Both the position numbers and the translations under genes were made by a program. From the IMG/VR virus record IMGVR_UViG_3300047678_000431, positions 1 to 64,000 of that record: DNA of 64,000 nucleotides. One strand, written 5' to 3'. Below the pieces are notes generated by a model that saw only the letters and a program-made list of their open reading frames with translations, had not been told where the DNA came from and made no database searches. This DNA is from a virus. Of the stretch, positions 36,640 through 46,883 are shown in pieces (positions within the stretch are counted from its first letter, which is position 1; every line of letters starts with the position of its first letter).

Positions 36640-37359
36640 ATGTATCAATCAGCTTTTACCTCGCAAGAACTCACGGATCACTATCCGGTCAGCACGACCC
36701 CGCTTCTGCTCAAGACGATCGCGCAGGTCGACGACCTTATTCAGCAGGGCGTGATCAGTGACAACGAACTTCGCCAACTCTTGCCGATTATCGGGGCCGC
36801 AATGGACCCGAACGTCGAGAAGGTCACCGTCGGCGGCGCAACCTATACCGGAACGGCTGGCGGCGTCACGCGCACGTATTTCGCGATTCCGCTCTATCCT
36901 CTGCCGACCGGCAGTGCGGCAAATCCCCGTGGCGTCTATTTGAATCAATATCCGCAGAATCCGCCGGGCGGCCGTCTGACGCAAACGAATTACATTAGTG
37001 AAAACGACATGGTCAAGAATTACGTCGGGGGATCGGCCGCAAACCCGCCGACCGGCCACGTGGTCACCGATACGCAAACCGAACTCGATCAATCGAATTA
37101 CGTGACCTTAGTCGCGCCGGTTGCGAGTGCAAGCGTGATCCCGAATGTCTTGTTTGAAATCTATTGCGAAGCGACCACGACCGCCCCGTCGACGCTCATG
37201 CGATACCTAGTCGCAACGCGCGTCGCTCCGGGCGCAACCGTCATCGACGGGAACCAAGTCGCTCGCGCCTACACGTTGCCCGCGCATACCGGGTTTGCGG
37301 TCGACAAGTCCGGTTCGACGCCGGTTGCAATCCCCGGACCTCGTTCGTTCATCATCTAA
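36640..37359 (+). CDS. putative head decoration/structural protein
   Basis: AAGGGG RBS; T/P/Y-rich beta composition; position in the head module. Confidence 0.5.
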   Translation: MYQSAFTSQELTDHYPVSTTPLLLKTIAQVDDLIQQGVISDNELRQLLPIIGAAMDPNVEKVTVGGATYTGTAGGVTRTYFAIPLYPLPTGSAANPRGVYLNQYPQNPPGGRLTQTNYISENDMVKNYVGGSAANPPTGHVVTDTQTELDQSNYVTLVAPVASASVIPNVLFEIYCEATTTAPSTLMRYLVATRVAPGATVIDGNQVARAYTLPAHTGFAVDKSGSTPVAIPGPRSFII

Positions 37360-37365
37360 ATTCAT

Positions 37366-37662
37366 ATGGAATTTGAGATCGGGCGACAAGATCGGGCGAC
37401 GCTGCCAATGGCACGCGATAAGATGGGATCTAAAGATTCGGTTGTCGTGCATGTAAAAGTCTTAAGCGATGATTTACGTGAAATTCAGGAGACGACGCGT
37501 GCGGTCACACGCGCCGTCGCTGATGCTCGCGTTCATGGCAAACAGATTAGCGTCGTCGTGACGGACGAAAAAGTTCAAATGAGCATCGGCGACATGAAGC
37601 AACTTGCTTCGTATGTCACGGCTGAAGTTATGAAAGCCCTGCACATCCCCTCGCCGACTTAA
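37366..37662 (+). CDS. hypothetical protein
   Basis: Operon spacing. Confidence 0.55.
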   Translation: MEFEIGRQDRATLPMARDKMGSKDSVVVHVKVLSDDLREIQETTRAVTRAVADARVHGKQISVVVTDEKVQMSIGDMKQLASYVTAEVMKALHIPSPT

Positions 37663-37694
37663 AACATCCTTTACCGAGTGAAAGGGTTCCCGCG

Positions 37695-39041
37695 ATGCAA
37701 TTACAGCATCGCCGATTTTTCATTCCCTTTGCTAAGGAAAAGATCGACAAAGAACGTCGTATCGTCTGGGGCATTGCGCAAGAAGAATCGGTTGATACAC
37801 AAGACGACCGCCTCATGTACGATGCGTCAGTCGCCGCGTTTTCTGCGTGGGCCGGAAACATTCGCGAGCAACACGATGATAGTAAAGCCGTAGGTCGAGC
37901 GATTGAGATTATCGCCGATCCAAAAGCGAAGACCATCACCGTCGGCGCGCGTATTTCGCTCGGTGCCGAGGATACGTGGCAAAAGGTTCTCGATGGTACG
38001 CTTACCGGTTATTCAATCGGCGGCGTTCTTCAGGAATTTGCGCTCGACTATGATCCTGAATATCAGAGAAATATTCGCAACGTGACAAAGTACGAACTGT
38101 ACGAGCTTTCGCTCGTCGACGTTCCGGCGAATTCAGGTTGCGTGATTACCGCCGTGCAGAAGCGCGGTACACATCTCGTCGCGACCGACGTGCTTGCGCA
38201 CAGTCTCGGCGCGCTAACTGCGAGCGACGTGCTCAACATGAAGAAAGCGAGTCAACCCATGCCAAACGCAAAGCGCGCCAAGGTACAAACGATCGTCAGC
38301 TTCGCCAAATCACTCGGCGCGAACGATGAGGTTATTCTTCTTCGCACAAGCGACCTAAGCAAAGCAAAAGACGGAAGCATCGTCTTGAAGTCGACGGCTC
38401 CCGTCTCGGGCATTATTCGCAAAGATGATCTCGACGCCGACGGTTATACCGATGAATCCGATGACACAAGCAGCGAGAACGAACCCGAACAAATCGACTT
38501 TGAGCAACATGCCGAGAACGCCGCAAAGATGCATAAAGCATTTTGCAAGATGGGCGGCATTGACGACAACGAAGGCCATTATCTCGAATCGACCAAGGAA
38601 GACGGCGATGACGATATGGCTATGGGTGACGAGCCAAAGGATGACCCGTCGGGCATGAAGTCGCGTCGTTTACGCCGCGAAAAAGCGCGTCGCATCGAGG
38701 CCGCAAAATCGGCAACGCAAAGCAAACTTGAAGCGCAAGTCGCGGCGTTGAGCGATCAAGTTGTTGCCTTGACGAAGACCCTTTCCTCCGGCGGATCAAC
38801 GACAGCCGTGACCCCGCGCGTCGGCGCCGGTCAAGCTGGTACCGTGGTCGAGAAGGGCGGCGTCGCCGTCGCGAATTCGCAAGAAGCGCGCCTCGCCGAA
38901 CTCAAATCCAAGGCCGCCGAGATGGTCAAGTCCGGTTCTAAAGGTCTTACCCAAAAAGATCGCGCCGAACGCGACGCAACGCTTAACGAGATTCTATCTC
39001 TTGAGACGGCGATCCGCGCAGGTTTCGACCCGAAAGCCTAA
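37695..39041 (+). CDS. prohead protease (XkdF-like/HK97-type) fused to a scaffold-like C-terminus
   Basis: RRIVWG...VDTQDD, NIREQH...AVG, GTLTGYSIGG, ELSLVDVPAN; acidic/coiled-coil tail. Confidence 0.9.
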   Translation: MQLQHRRFFIPFAKEKIDKERRIVWGIAQEESVDTQDDRLMYDASVAAFSAWAGNIREQHDDSKAVGRAIEIIADPKAKTITVGARISLGAEDTWQKVLDGTLTGYSIGGVLQEFALDYDPEYQRNIRNVTKYELYELSLVDVPANSGCVITAVQKRGTHLVATDVLAHSLGALTASDVLNMKKASQPMPNAKRAKVQTIVSFAKSLGANDEVILLRTSDLSKAKDGSIVLKSTAPVSGIIRKDDLDADGYTDESDDTSSENEPEQIDFEQHAENAAKMHKAFCKMGGIDDNEGHYLESTKEDGDDDMAMGDEPKDDPSGMKSRRLRREKARRIEAAKSATQSKLEAQVAALSDQVVALTKTLSSGGSTTAVTPRVGAGQAGTVVEKGGVAVANSQEARLAELKSKAAEMVKSGSKGLTQKDRAERDATLNEILSLETAIRAGFDPKA

Positions 39042-39095
39042 GTCCGCTGACGCGCGCGCCGTGTAAGAACGCGCGCGCGTTTCCCGTCCCTTTGT

Positions 39096-39139
39096 AGTCG
39101 CAAGCGATCGTTTAGATCCTGCGGCTTTTTTTGTTGCCC
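39096..39139 (+). terminator. hairpin plus TTTTTTTGTTGCCC in the capsid leader
   Basis: AGTCGCA...TGCGGCT then a T run; a second hairpin at 39050-39080. Confidence 0.55.
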
Positions 39140-39157
39140 GCCCGTGGGAGATAAACC

Positions 39158-40219
39158 GTGTCAACATCGCAATTAACTGCGGATTATGTGCTTCAGAGCC
39201 TGCAAGGCGTCGATGCTCTTATCCGTAAAAGTGCAACCCCCGTTCTCGGCCTCGAAGTCGTTCGCCAGGATTTAGAGAACGAACTCAAACTCGCTGCAAA
39301 CCTTGATACGCCGCTTCGTAATCGAATGAAGCGTATCAAAGGCGAAGGCAAAGCGCACGCATTCTATCAGCTGCAATCGAATCTCGATTCGACCGGCCAA
39401 GTTCGATTCTTAGGAACCGACGCAACGAACGGCGTGTTCGCAAAGGGCGGCCTTCCGAACTCTGTCGATGCGCAATACAATTACATCGCCCGGCCGTACG
39501 CAAACGTCGGCGACGTAATGACAATCCCGTTCCAAGACATTGCGCAAGATGCTTCGTATATCGAAATCAAGGCGCAGCAGAAACGCGTGAAGATGCTCAA
39601 CACCGGGTTGATTGAAGAATACTTAATCATCAACGGAAATAGCGACACGACAAGCGGTCTTGAGTTCGACGGTCTGCTCACTCAGATCTTAAACGGCGGA
39701 TATAATATCCTCGACGTGAGTGCCGCCGGTGGTTCGCCCCTGCGATACTCTTTGATCACGCAAGAGCTTTTCCGCATCAAGAAGGCGGGCGGACGTACGC
39801 GCGCGCTGATCATGTCTTACTCGATGAAAGCAGCGTTGACTGAGCTTCTCGGTTTGTACTACGCAATTCGCCAAGTAGGCACCGGCGGCGGTACGAACTA
39901 CGCGGGCGGCTTCTCGACCGAATCGTGGGACTTCGGAACCGGATCGGTCGACCTCATTGACGATCAGTATATGATCCCCGATCCTGTGACCGGTCTTGAG
40001 CGCATCATCTTCATCGACGATGAAACGCCCGATGACAAGAACGGCGGAAACGTCATTCAAATGGTCGACGTCGATCCGATTCATTATCAGGATCTTGCGA
40101 CCATCGCGACCGCAGAACGCGGCATCGTGTATGAAACGACTCAGCTGATGATCGGCATCCTGCAATTTCAGGGCCTTATCACCGGATTCAATCTGTCGTT
40201 AACTCCGACGATCGCCTAA
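39158..40219 (+). CDS. major capsid protein
   Basis: Follows protease; RQDLE...DTPLRNR, EEYLIINGN...EFDGL; 353 aa; terminator after it. Confidence 0.88.
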   Translation: MSTSQLTADYVLQSLQGVDALIRKSATPVLGLEVVRQDLENELKLAANLDTPLRNRMKRIKGEGKAHAFYQLQSNLDSTGQVRFLGTDATNGVFAKGGLPNSVDAQYNYIARPYANVGDVMTIPFQDIAQDASYIEIKAQQKRVKMLNTGLIEEYLIINGNSDTTSGLEFDGLLTQILNGGYNILDVSAAGGSPLRYSLITQELFRIKKAGGRTRALIMSYSMKAALTELLGLYYAIRQVGTGGGTNYAGGFSTESWDFGTGSVDLIDDQYMIPDPVTGLERIIFIDDETPDDKNGGNVIQMVDVDPIHYQDLATIATAERGIVYETTQLMIGILQFQGLITGFNLSLTPTIA

Positions 40220-40228
40220 TTGCAACAC

Positions 40229-40264
40229 GCGCGCGGCGAATCACTTCGCCGCGCGCCCTTTCTG
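40229..40264 (+). terminator. terminator after capsid gene
   Basis: GCGCGCGGCGAA-TCAC-TTCGCCGCGCGC followed by CCTTTCT. Confidence 0.65.
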
Positions 40265-40277
40265 TATTGGGGCCGCA

Positions 40278-41261
40278 ATGAGTCTTCCGTCCGTTTCTCC
40301 GGCGACTCCGATTATCCCGACGCTCGGGTCGTTTAATAAACCATTACCGCATACGAATTTGAAGACGGTCAAACGATTGCTTCTCGGCTTGCCGCTGGAC
40401 GTATTCAAAGACGAAGACGGCCGCCTCACAACGTTTTATGAAATGATCGAGGAGACGCTTATCCCTGAAGCGTCAAATCGCATCGCGCGGTTCTGTCGGA
40501 CAAATTTCGATTACACCCGCGAGACATGGTTTTTCAACGGCACATATTCGCATGAGTTGGTTCTTCCTCGGCGGTTTATCGTCGCGGTGAATCTCGTCAT
40601 GTTGCGGTATTTGCCCTCGGCGATATGGTATCGGTTTGTGCGTCCGCGTTTCCTTGACGGAAGTGAATTCACCGCGATCGGCGGCATCGAGCCCGCCCTT
40701 CCGGGACCTGAAGAGCTTCCACCGGCGCCGACCGGTGTGACGTACGAACAAACGGTTCAAGATATTATTTATACTGGTATCGAGGACGCGGATCTCTTTG
40801 TCGATCGACGTCGGCGAACGATTACGATCCCGCCGCGTGTCCTTTACGCGTCCGTACAAACCCCCGAATGGAATTACACGTTTTTCAACGCGACGATGAA
40901 TGTTGAAACCCATTTCACTTATGGGTTCCCCCCGATTGCATACACCGACGGCCGACCGTTGATTTTTGATCCGGTGACCGGTGTCATGTCACTGACGTCG
41001 CCCCCGACGGAAAGTTGTCCCGGTGGCGCGCCGGTTGATTGGTCATCGGGCATGCCGAAGGCGATTCAACAGGCCTGCGCGCGCATTGTTCTCGCCGATA
41101 TTCTTCGGCGTCTATGGCGCGGCATTTCCGGCGGCCTTTCGTCGATTTCGGTCGACGGCGCGTCGGAGTCTTATGGAAATTCGCCCTTTGGTGGCGAGGC
41201 GGAGCGCGAAGAAGCGCGCGCTTTCGAACAACTCAAACCCTTCGCGATTCTCATGCTCTAG
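40278..41261 (+). CDS. head-tail adaptor
   Basis: LI.EAS..I..FC, V...YGF...P.AIQQAC, S.S.DG.SESY. Confidence 0.75.
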   Translation: MSLPSVSPATPIIPTLGSFNKPLPHTNLKTVKRLLLGLPLDVFKDEDGRLTTFYEMIEETLIPEASNRIARFCRTNFDYTRETWFFNGTYSHELVLPRRFIVAVNLVMLRYLPSAIWYRFVRPRFLDGSEFTAIGGIEPALPGPEELPPAPTGVTYEQTVQDIIYTGIEDADLFVDRRRRTITIPPRVLYASVQTPEWNYTFFNATMNVETHFTYGFPPIAYTDGRPLIFDPVTGVMSLTSPPTESCPGGAPVDWSSGMPKAIQQACARIVLADILRRLWRGISGGLSSISVDGASESYGNSPFGGEAEREEARAFEQLKPFAILML

Positions 41262-41271
41262 GAGGCACCAA

Positions 41272-41769
41272 ATGCAAGCCAAAGTAAAAGTTTTCTCCGC
41301 TCACCGCGAAGTTCGCGCGTGCGTCGGTCGCACATGGGACAAAGACGGCAAGCTCACGATGTTCTATCGTGATTTCGTTCCGAAGAATGCAAAAGCGACC
41401 ACCGGTGAAGCATATCTGACACCGGAGGAAGCAACGTTTTTAGTCGATTCGAAAGAGAATCAAAAACGCGCCGCGAGCGGTTCGCCTCATTATTGGTACC
41501 CGGCCGGTGTTCCGCTCGGAATTCCCCTTGATAAGGACGGTTATTTTACGCCCGCACTCAACGATACCACGACGAATATCAACGATTCTCGTCAATCCGA
41601 GGCGGCCGAAATCGTCAAACGCGAGATGGAACAAAAGATCGCCGAAGCGCAAGCGCGCCACGATCAAAACCTGATCACGGCGACTGCCGATGCCGAAGAG
41701 AAACGCGCGAAAACAAAAACGACAAAAGAGAAAGTTTCGCAAGAAACACCTTCGCACGAAACGGAGTAG
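41272..41769 (+). CDS. hypothetical protein
   Basis: AGGAGG RBS. Confidence 0.65.
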   Translation: MQAKVKVFSAHREVRACVGRTWDKDGKLTMFYRDFVPKNAKATTGEAYLTPEEATFLVDSKENQKRAASGSPHYWYPAGVPLGIPLDKDGYFTPALNDTTTNINDSRQSEAAEIVKREMEQKIAEAQARHDQNLITATADAEEKRAKTKTTKEKVSQETPSHETE

Positions 41770-41773
41770 ATTC

Positions 41774-42277
41774 ATGAATGCACAGAGGGCCTCGAGGTTA
41801 TACGCGGACCTCGGGTCTGTGCTTTTATGGGAACATGCTATTCCCGCCGATCCTGAAACGGTCGACCGGGCAACCGGCACGCCGCGCCTTACGGCTGGCG
41901 GTCGTCGGCACGGCAAGGATGAAGGCCATTTCGGCGAGACGTTTCATCCGCCGTATTCGGTGTATGGATATTTGCAGAATAAGATCACGACAACGTTCTC
42001 CGAAGTGTACGGCGTTGTCGACGATCACACGATGCAACTGACGGTTCCCGCAATCATCGTTCCGAGTGTTGCGGATGGTATTCGCGCGCTCCCGGTCGAC
42101 CTCAATATCGCGTACGAGAACGGCCAGTTCGTCACGCATAAGAAGGGTGAGACGTGGGCGCGCGATCGCTTCCGTCACTTAAAGATCACGTACATCGTTA
42201 AGAGTACCGCCGTCCCGATTATCTGTCGCAATGCAACGGTCGCATGGCGCATGCTCGTCGCGGCGGACACGCTGTAA
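41774..42277 (+). CDS. putative head closure/stopper protein
   Basis: Synteny; beta-barrel-like composition. Confidence 0.5.
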   Translation: MNAQRASRLYADLGSVLLWEHAIPADPETVDRATGTPRLTAGGRRHGKDEGHFGETFHPPYSVYGYLQNKITTTFSEVYGVVDDHTMQLTVPAIIVPSVADGIRALPVDLNIAYENGQFVTHKKGETWARDRFRHLKITYIVKSTAVPIICRNATVAWRMLVAADTL

Positions 42278-42287
42278 GGGTGAAAAT

Positions 42288-42920
42288 ATGGGCCTCGATG
42301 ACTTTTCGGGAATCGCAGGCTATGAAGTAACGGCGGATGTGAAAGGCCTCGACGGCGTCGTGACGACGGTTGAAAAAGGCCTCGACGCGATCCTCGACCT
42401 TCGTCGCGTTGTTCGACAATATCTTGCCGAAGCGCAATCGCAGGCCGTACGCAACGTATCCGGGATTGAAGTGCAATATAGCGGCGGCACGTTTACGATC
42501 AACCGGCAAACCGGCAAACTCGTGCGATCTATTCAGATTTATGATAGCGGCCCGCTTTCCGGTTACGTTGTGGCCGGTGCGAATTACGCATCCGCACTCG
42601 AAAACGGATCACCCGCGCGAGATATGAAGCCGTCTCTTCTTGGGAAAATCATTCCCTTTCCAGTTACCGGGACGACAAAAGAAAAGAAACAGGCGGTCGC
42701 CGACGGCAACGCGACTGCGATTCAGAAATACGGTAGCACCGGCCGAAAAACGCGTGTCGAGTATATCGCGTTCCGCAAAGTCGGACCAAATTCAAAAGGG
42801 TTTATTATTCCCGCGCAGCCCCCGCGTCCGTTCATGCAGGCCACGGCCGAAGTGATCGGGCCGAAGTTTTCGCGCGCCGTTGCCGACGCATTCGCGAAAT
42901 TCATTACCGATAACCCATAG
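42288..42920 (+). CDS. neck/tail-completion protein (HK97 gp10-like)
   Basis: RQTGKLVRSI, YASALENG, PAQPPRPFM. Confidence 0.8.
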   Translation: MGLDDFSGIAGYEVTADVKGLDGVVTTVEKGLDAILDLRRVVRQYLAEAQSQAVRNVSGIEVQYSGGTFTINRQTGKLVRSIQIYDSGPLSGYVVAGANYASALENGSPARDMKPSLLGKIIPFPVTGTTKEKKQAVADGNATAIQKYGSTGRKTRVEYIAFRKVGPNSKGFIIPAQPPRPFMQATAEVIGPKFSRAVADAFAKFITDNP

Positions 42921-42929
42921 GGGCAAGCT

Positions 42930-43637
42930 ATGCCGGTTCAAGTTTCGATCGACTCGCCGACGACCGATTATCGTCAACGCGATCTTCGTGATCCGAATAA
43001 TAAAGAAACCATATGGCCGGTTCCCCACGATGCGAAAATCGACATTGGTGCGGTCATTGATTCCGGCCTAAAGATTCTCGGTATCGACGACGTGCCGGTC
43101 ATTCAAGACGGTGCGTTTGACGATTCACTTCTCACGAATAAACACGGACAATCGGTGCCCGTCGTGTCGATCATGCGCACGGCCGACATCACCGCGCGCG
43201 AGGCGCTGGGTGGTCGCATTGGCACGTTTATCGGCGGCGAAAGTCCGCTTCTTGATCCGTGCGGGATCGTGCCTGATGGCGAACCGGTTGATCTCTTCGC
43301 AGAATTCTCCGTCGTAACGCTCGACGTGACGATCACCGATTTCATCGGGTACCGCGCAAATCAAATGTATCTCATCATTAAGTACGTCATGATGACCGCG
43401 CAATCGGTTTTGCATAAGCTCGGATACGTTGATCTCAAACGCCTTAACGGTGTTGATCAAGTGCAATCAATCGACGCCCCCGCTGGCGGATTATTACATA
43501 CGCGAACGCTCACGTACCAAATGAAACACCCCGATTTCGTTGCCTCGCTTCCGACCCTTGTCGAGCTAGTTAAGCAACGCGTCGAGACGCTGCCTGTCGG
43601 CGTGTCTACTGGACCGACTCTCGGCACCGACATCTAG
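42930..43637 (+). CDS. putative tail terminator
   Basis: Synteny, immediately before the sheath. Confidence 0.55.
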   Translation: MPVQVSIDSPTTDYRQRDLRDPNNKETIWPVPHDAKIDIGAVIDSGLKILGIDDVPVIQDGAFDDSLLTNKHGQSVPVVSIMRTADITAREALGGRIGTFIGGESPLLDPCGIVPDGEPVDLFAEFSVVTLDVTITDFIGYRANQMYLIIKYVMMTAQSVLHKLGYVDLKRLNGVDQVQSIDAPAGGLLHTRTLTYQMKHPDFVASLPTLVELVKQRVETLPVGVSTGPTLGTDI

Positions 43638-43680
43638 TCGCTGCCTCGTTTTTGCATCCCTCTACAAAGGAGCACGCTCG

Positions 43681-45273
43681 ATGGGGATCTTTTCTTTCAA
43701 CGGCCAGAACGTTTATGCGCCGCAAGTTCTTGTACGCACGGAGATCGGCGCGAATCGCGCGTTGACGTTGCTTCCGAACGGTGTCATCTGTTTCGTCGGC
43801 GCCTCCGACGGCGGTCGGCAAAACGGGATATATCAATTCAATGACCTACCATCCGCGCAGCGTCTACTACGATCGGGCGACTTGCTCGATGCAATCGTCG
43901 CCGCCGTAGGCGAAGGTGCGAGCGCCGGTTTCGTTGCCGTGGTCGCGAACACGAAGACGAGCGCATCGAGTACGATCGACGGGTCGACCGGTGAAGTCGC
44001 GACCTTATCTTCGGGCGATCAAGGATTCTACACGAACTCGATTTCATATAAGATCGCCGCCGGAACAAATAGCGGTTTTGTCTTCACGCTCACCTATCTC
44101 GATCAGAACAATAACACGATCACCGTCGGCGGCCCGGGTACCGCATACGATAATCTCGTCGACATGGTCGCATTGCAGACGCTGCTCGTGAATAATTCCG
44201 TTGTCACGCCTCCGGCATCGACGAACTTGCCTCCGGTTGTGACGTTGACCATTACGACAAACGGTGTTCCGAGTAGCACGGTCGGATTCGTGACCCTGGC
44301 GGGCGGCACCGGCACCGGTACCGATGCGCTGACGCAACCGGAGGTCGAAGCAGCCGTTGACGAGCTTGCAGACGTCCCCTTCGACATCGGCCATCTTGTG
44401 AAGTGCTATAGCTTCGCGATGCATAATTACGCCGACACGTTCGGCGGTCAGAAGATTGCGCCGTTTGGAAAGTTGCGCCGGTGGATTCATCAAGCGCCGC
44501 TTACCGGCGCCTCGGCAACGAATTCAAAGGCGGTCAATTCAGAGGCCGTCGCAAACTCCGTCATCGCGGCCGCGAACGCGATCAATTCGATTCGTTCGAG
44601 TTCGATGGTGCAGCAGGCACTCGTTTACAATAGCGGCACCGGAAAGCAGGCGTGGATGGATTTCGCGCCGCTCGTGTGCGGACGTGCATCCTTCGTCGGC
44701 GCAAATGACAACTGGGGACCGGCCTCACCGCTCACCAAGGTCGCGTTTCAAACCGTCCTCGATGTCGATTATGTTGCGCTTGCCACAACCGGCGACGTCG
44801 ATCGCGCACTTGAGGCGGGCGGATGGATATTCGAACGGAATAGCCGGGTCGCGACGCTTGGTTCCGTGCAGACGATTCAGTCGGTTACGACCGCACCGGT
44901 CGACCCGAACACGGGCCGTCCTTGGTTGTATTCCGAGTTCTCGATCGTGCGCGTTGCCGACGCGGTTCTTGCAAACGTCAAGGCCACGATTGAAACGCAA
45001 ACGCCGCGCGCAATCGGCGGCGGTAATACGCCGAAGACGATGGCCGCGATCCTCTCTGATGTCGTCGACGTGCTCGAAGCGGCGAAAGATAATCAATGGA
45101 TTATCTCTTATGATCGGTCCTCGATCACGATCAGTACGATCGGCAACCTTGGCGATGCCGACATCGTCAATTATTCAATGGTACCGACGCCGCCGCTCAA
45201 TCATATCGGCGTCACGCAAACGCTTCTCGCCTTCTCCGCGCAATTAACTGCCGGGAATACGGTCAGCAGCTAA
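43681..45273 (+). CDS. contractile tail sheath protein
   Basis: FVGASDGG, LRSGDLLDAI, LAGG, QSVTT...EFSIVRVAD, PTPPLNHI. Confidence 0.9.
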   Translation: MGIFSFNGQNVYAPQVLVRTEIGANRALTLLPNGVICFVGASDGGRQNGIYQFNDLPSAQRLLRSGDLLDAIVAAVGEGASAGFVAVVANTKTSASSTIDGSTGEVATLSSGDQGFYTNSISYKIAAGTNSGFVFTLTYLDQNNNTITVGGPGTAYDNLVDMVALQTLLVNNSVVTPPASTNLPPVVTLTITTNGVPSSTVGFVTLAGGTGTGTDALTQPEVEAAVDELADVPFDIGHLVKCYSFAMHNYADTFGGQKIAPFGKLRRWIHQAPLTGASATNSKAVNSEAVANSVIAAANAINSIRSSSMVQQALVYNSGTGKQAWMDFAPLVCGRASFVGANDNWGPASPLTKVAFQTVLDVDYVALATTGDVDRALEAGGWIFERNSRVATLGSVQTIQSVTTAPVDPNTGRPWLYSEFSIVRVADAVLANVKATIETQTPRAIGGGNTPKTMAAILSDVVDVLEAAKDNQWIISYDRSSITISTIGNLGDADIVNYSMVPTPPLNHIGVTQTLLAFSAQLTAGNTVSS

Positions 45274-45286
45274 ACCGATACCACAT

Positions 45287-45323
45287 ACGCCCGCAGGTGA
45301 TACTACTGCGGGCGTCTTCTTTT
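45287..45323 (+). terminator. hairpin between sheath and tube
   Basis: ACGCCCGCAG...CTGCGGGCGT then CTTCTTTT. Confidence 0.55.
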
Positions 45324-45339
45324 GTTTAGGAGATTTCCT

Positions 45340-45861
45340 ATGGCTGGACTCGGTTCGCTCTCGAGCCAAATTTCCCAACAGCTCGGCAGTTTTTCGCTAC
45401 CCGGCGCGCTCGGTTCGAGCATGCAAGCAGACGGTTCAAAAACAACGACCGCCGTCAATATTGCAATCGTCATCAATGGCGTCGTGCAAGGCCTCATACG
45501 ATCGTTACGATTCGAAGAAAGCTTCGATCAACATCCGGTCAAGGTTGTGGGAGGCGCGGTCGCGGCCGCAATTATCCCCGGCGTCTATACCGGTTCGGCA
45601 AGCGTGTCGAAAGTGTTTCTCTTTGGCGTCGATCTCAACACGGCATTCGGCGGAAACGTCCGACCGATTAGCGGCAAGTCGCAAACGACACAAGACTTCA
45701 CGAAGTTGTATTTCAATATCGTCGTGTTAGATAATCAAGGCAATCCCTTGCAAATCTTCCACGATTGCGCACTTAACTCAGTTTCAACGTCCGTCGAAAT
45801 TGACGGTGTGATCATCATGGAAGAAGCGTCCGTTGTGATCCGTTGGAGCGAAAAGGACTAA
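45340..45861 (+). CDS. tail tube protein
   Basis: After sheath; I.ING...G.I.S, FNIVV.D, .C...S.S, .IMEE. Confidence 0.8.
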   Translation: MAGLGSLSSQISQQLGSFSLPGALGSSMQADGSKTTTAVNIAIVINGVVQGLIRSLRFEESFDQHPVKVVGGAVAAAIIPGVYTGSASVSKVFLFGVDLNTAFGGNVRPISGKSQTTQDFTKLYFNIVVLDNQGNPLQIFHDCALNSVSTSVEIDGVIIMEEASVVIRWSEKD

Positions 45862-45870
45862 CAGGACACG

Positions 45871-45900
45871 AAGGGGGCCGGGCAACCGGCTCCCTTTTCT
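45871..45900 (+). terminator. GCAA hairpin, identical to 13262-13288
   Basis: 27-bp exact match. Confidence 0.7.
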
Positions 45901-45912
45901 TTGGGAGGCATC

Positions 45913-46659
45913 ATGTCTAAGTCGGCACTTATGGAAAAGAATTACGCCGCAGATATTTCACGGCTCGCAGCAGCGGCGGAAAACATCGGCAATCAGTTAC
46001 AGAGTGGCAACGTTGCAATTCGCGAGATCGAAATCAAGACCGCTGACATTTCCGTCGGCGATGAAGTTCCGGTTGAAATGCAAGGGGCACCCGAAGCGGC
46101 TCCTGTTCAAAAGATTTCAAACGCGGATGAGTCTCTTCCGAAAACAGATATAAAGACGACCATACCGCGCAAACGCGCGACCAAGAAAACGCCCGAGCCT
46201 GCACCGGCGCGCACGCTTACCGATGCCGAAATCATCGAACGCGTGCGGCCTTTTGTCGATTCGAGTTACCTCCGACCGATCTTCATTTCAAAACCGGTTA
46301 TGGGACGCGTATTTATTGCGATGTATCCCTCGTATGGCGAACTTGTCGGGGCGGAAAAGTTGCTCGGAACTCCATCGGGTGACGAGAATTCCGTGCAAGA
46401 GTATATGGTTCTCGCCGAGTTTTCCGCCGCATTTAAGGGATGGCTCCCCGAACATGATCAAGGCGTCATGACGATTCTTTCCTATCCGGGCGATCTTGAA
46501 AAATGGCCGAAGCTCAACAAGGTCGAGTTCCTCAATAACATATGGCCCGCAATGCGATCGGTTATCATTCCCGAACTCGTGCAGCAGTATTACACATGGA
46601 AACATGACGTCACGCCGACGGATGATGAAATGTCAAAATTCTTCGGTCTGGTGAAGTAG
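45913..46659 (+). CDS. tail assembly chaperone (G)
   Basis: Between tube and tape measure; GGGAGG RBS. Confidence 0.7.
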   Translation: MSKSALMEKNYAADISRLAAAAENIGNQLQSGNVAIREIEIKTADISVGDEVPVEMQGAPEAAPVQKISNADESLPKTDIKTTIPRKRATKKTPEPAPARTLTDAEIIERVRPFVDSSYLRPIFISKPVMGRVFIAMYPSYGELVGAEKLLGTPSGDENSVQEYMVLAEFSAAFKGWLPEHDQGVMTILSYPGDLEKWPKLNKVEFLNNIWPAMRSVIIPELVQQYYTWKHDVTPTDDEMSKFFGLVK

Positions 46660-46874
46660 CGTCTTTTTTCCTTGGACTCTATCAGACTTGGAATCGCATG
46701 CACGACTTTCCGTGGAGCGCCAAGGAAATGACGGCCGTGCATTTTCTGTATATGCAAAAGTGTGAAGAGGCAATCGGGCATCGTTCCGGTGCTGGCGGAA
46801 CGCGATCGCGACATATTCAGGGAAATGCGGCGTTGTATGACACGCTCGAACGGAAGATACAGGCAAAGGGATAA
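46629..46874 (+). CDS. -1 frame extension of the tail assembly chaperone (T part of G-T)
   Basis: The -1 frame is open 46629-46874 (…GEVASFFLGLYQTWNRMHDFPWSAKEMTAVHFLYM…QAKG*); candidate slip A-AAA-TTC at 46635-46641. Confidence 0.65.
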   Translation, partial: NVKILRSGEVASFFLGLYQTWNRMHDFPWSAKEMTAVHFLYMQKCEEAIGHRSGAGGTRSRHIQGNAALYDTLERKIQAKG

Positions 46875-46883
46875 GGGTTTTTC

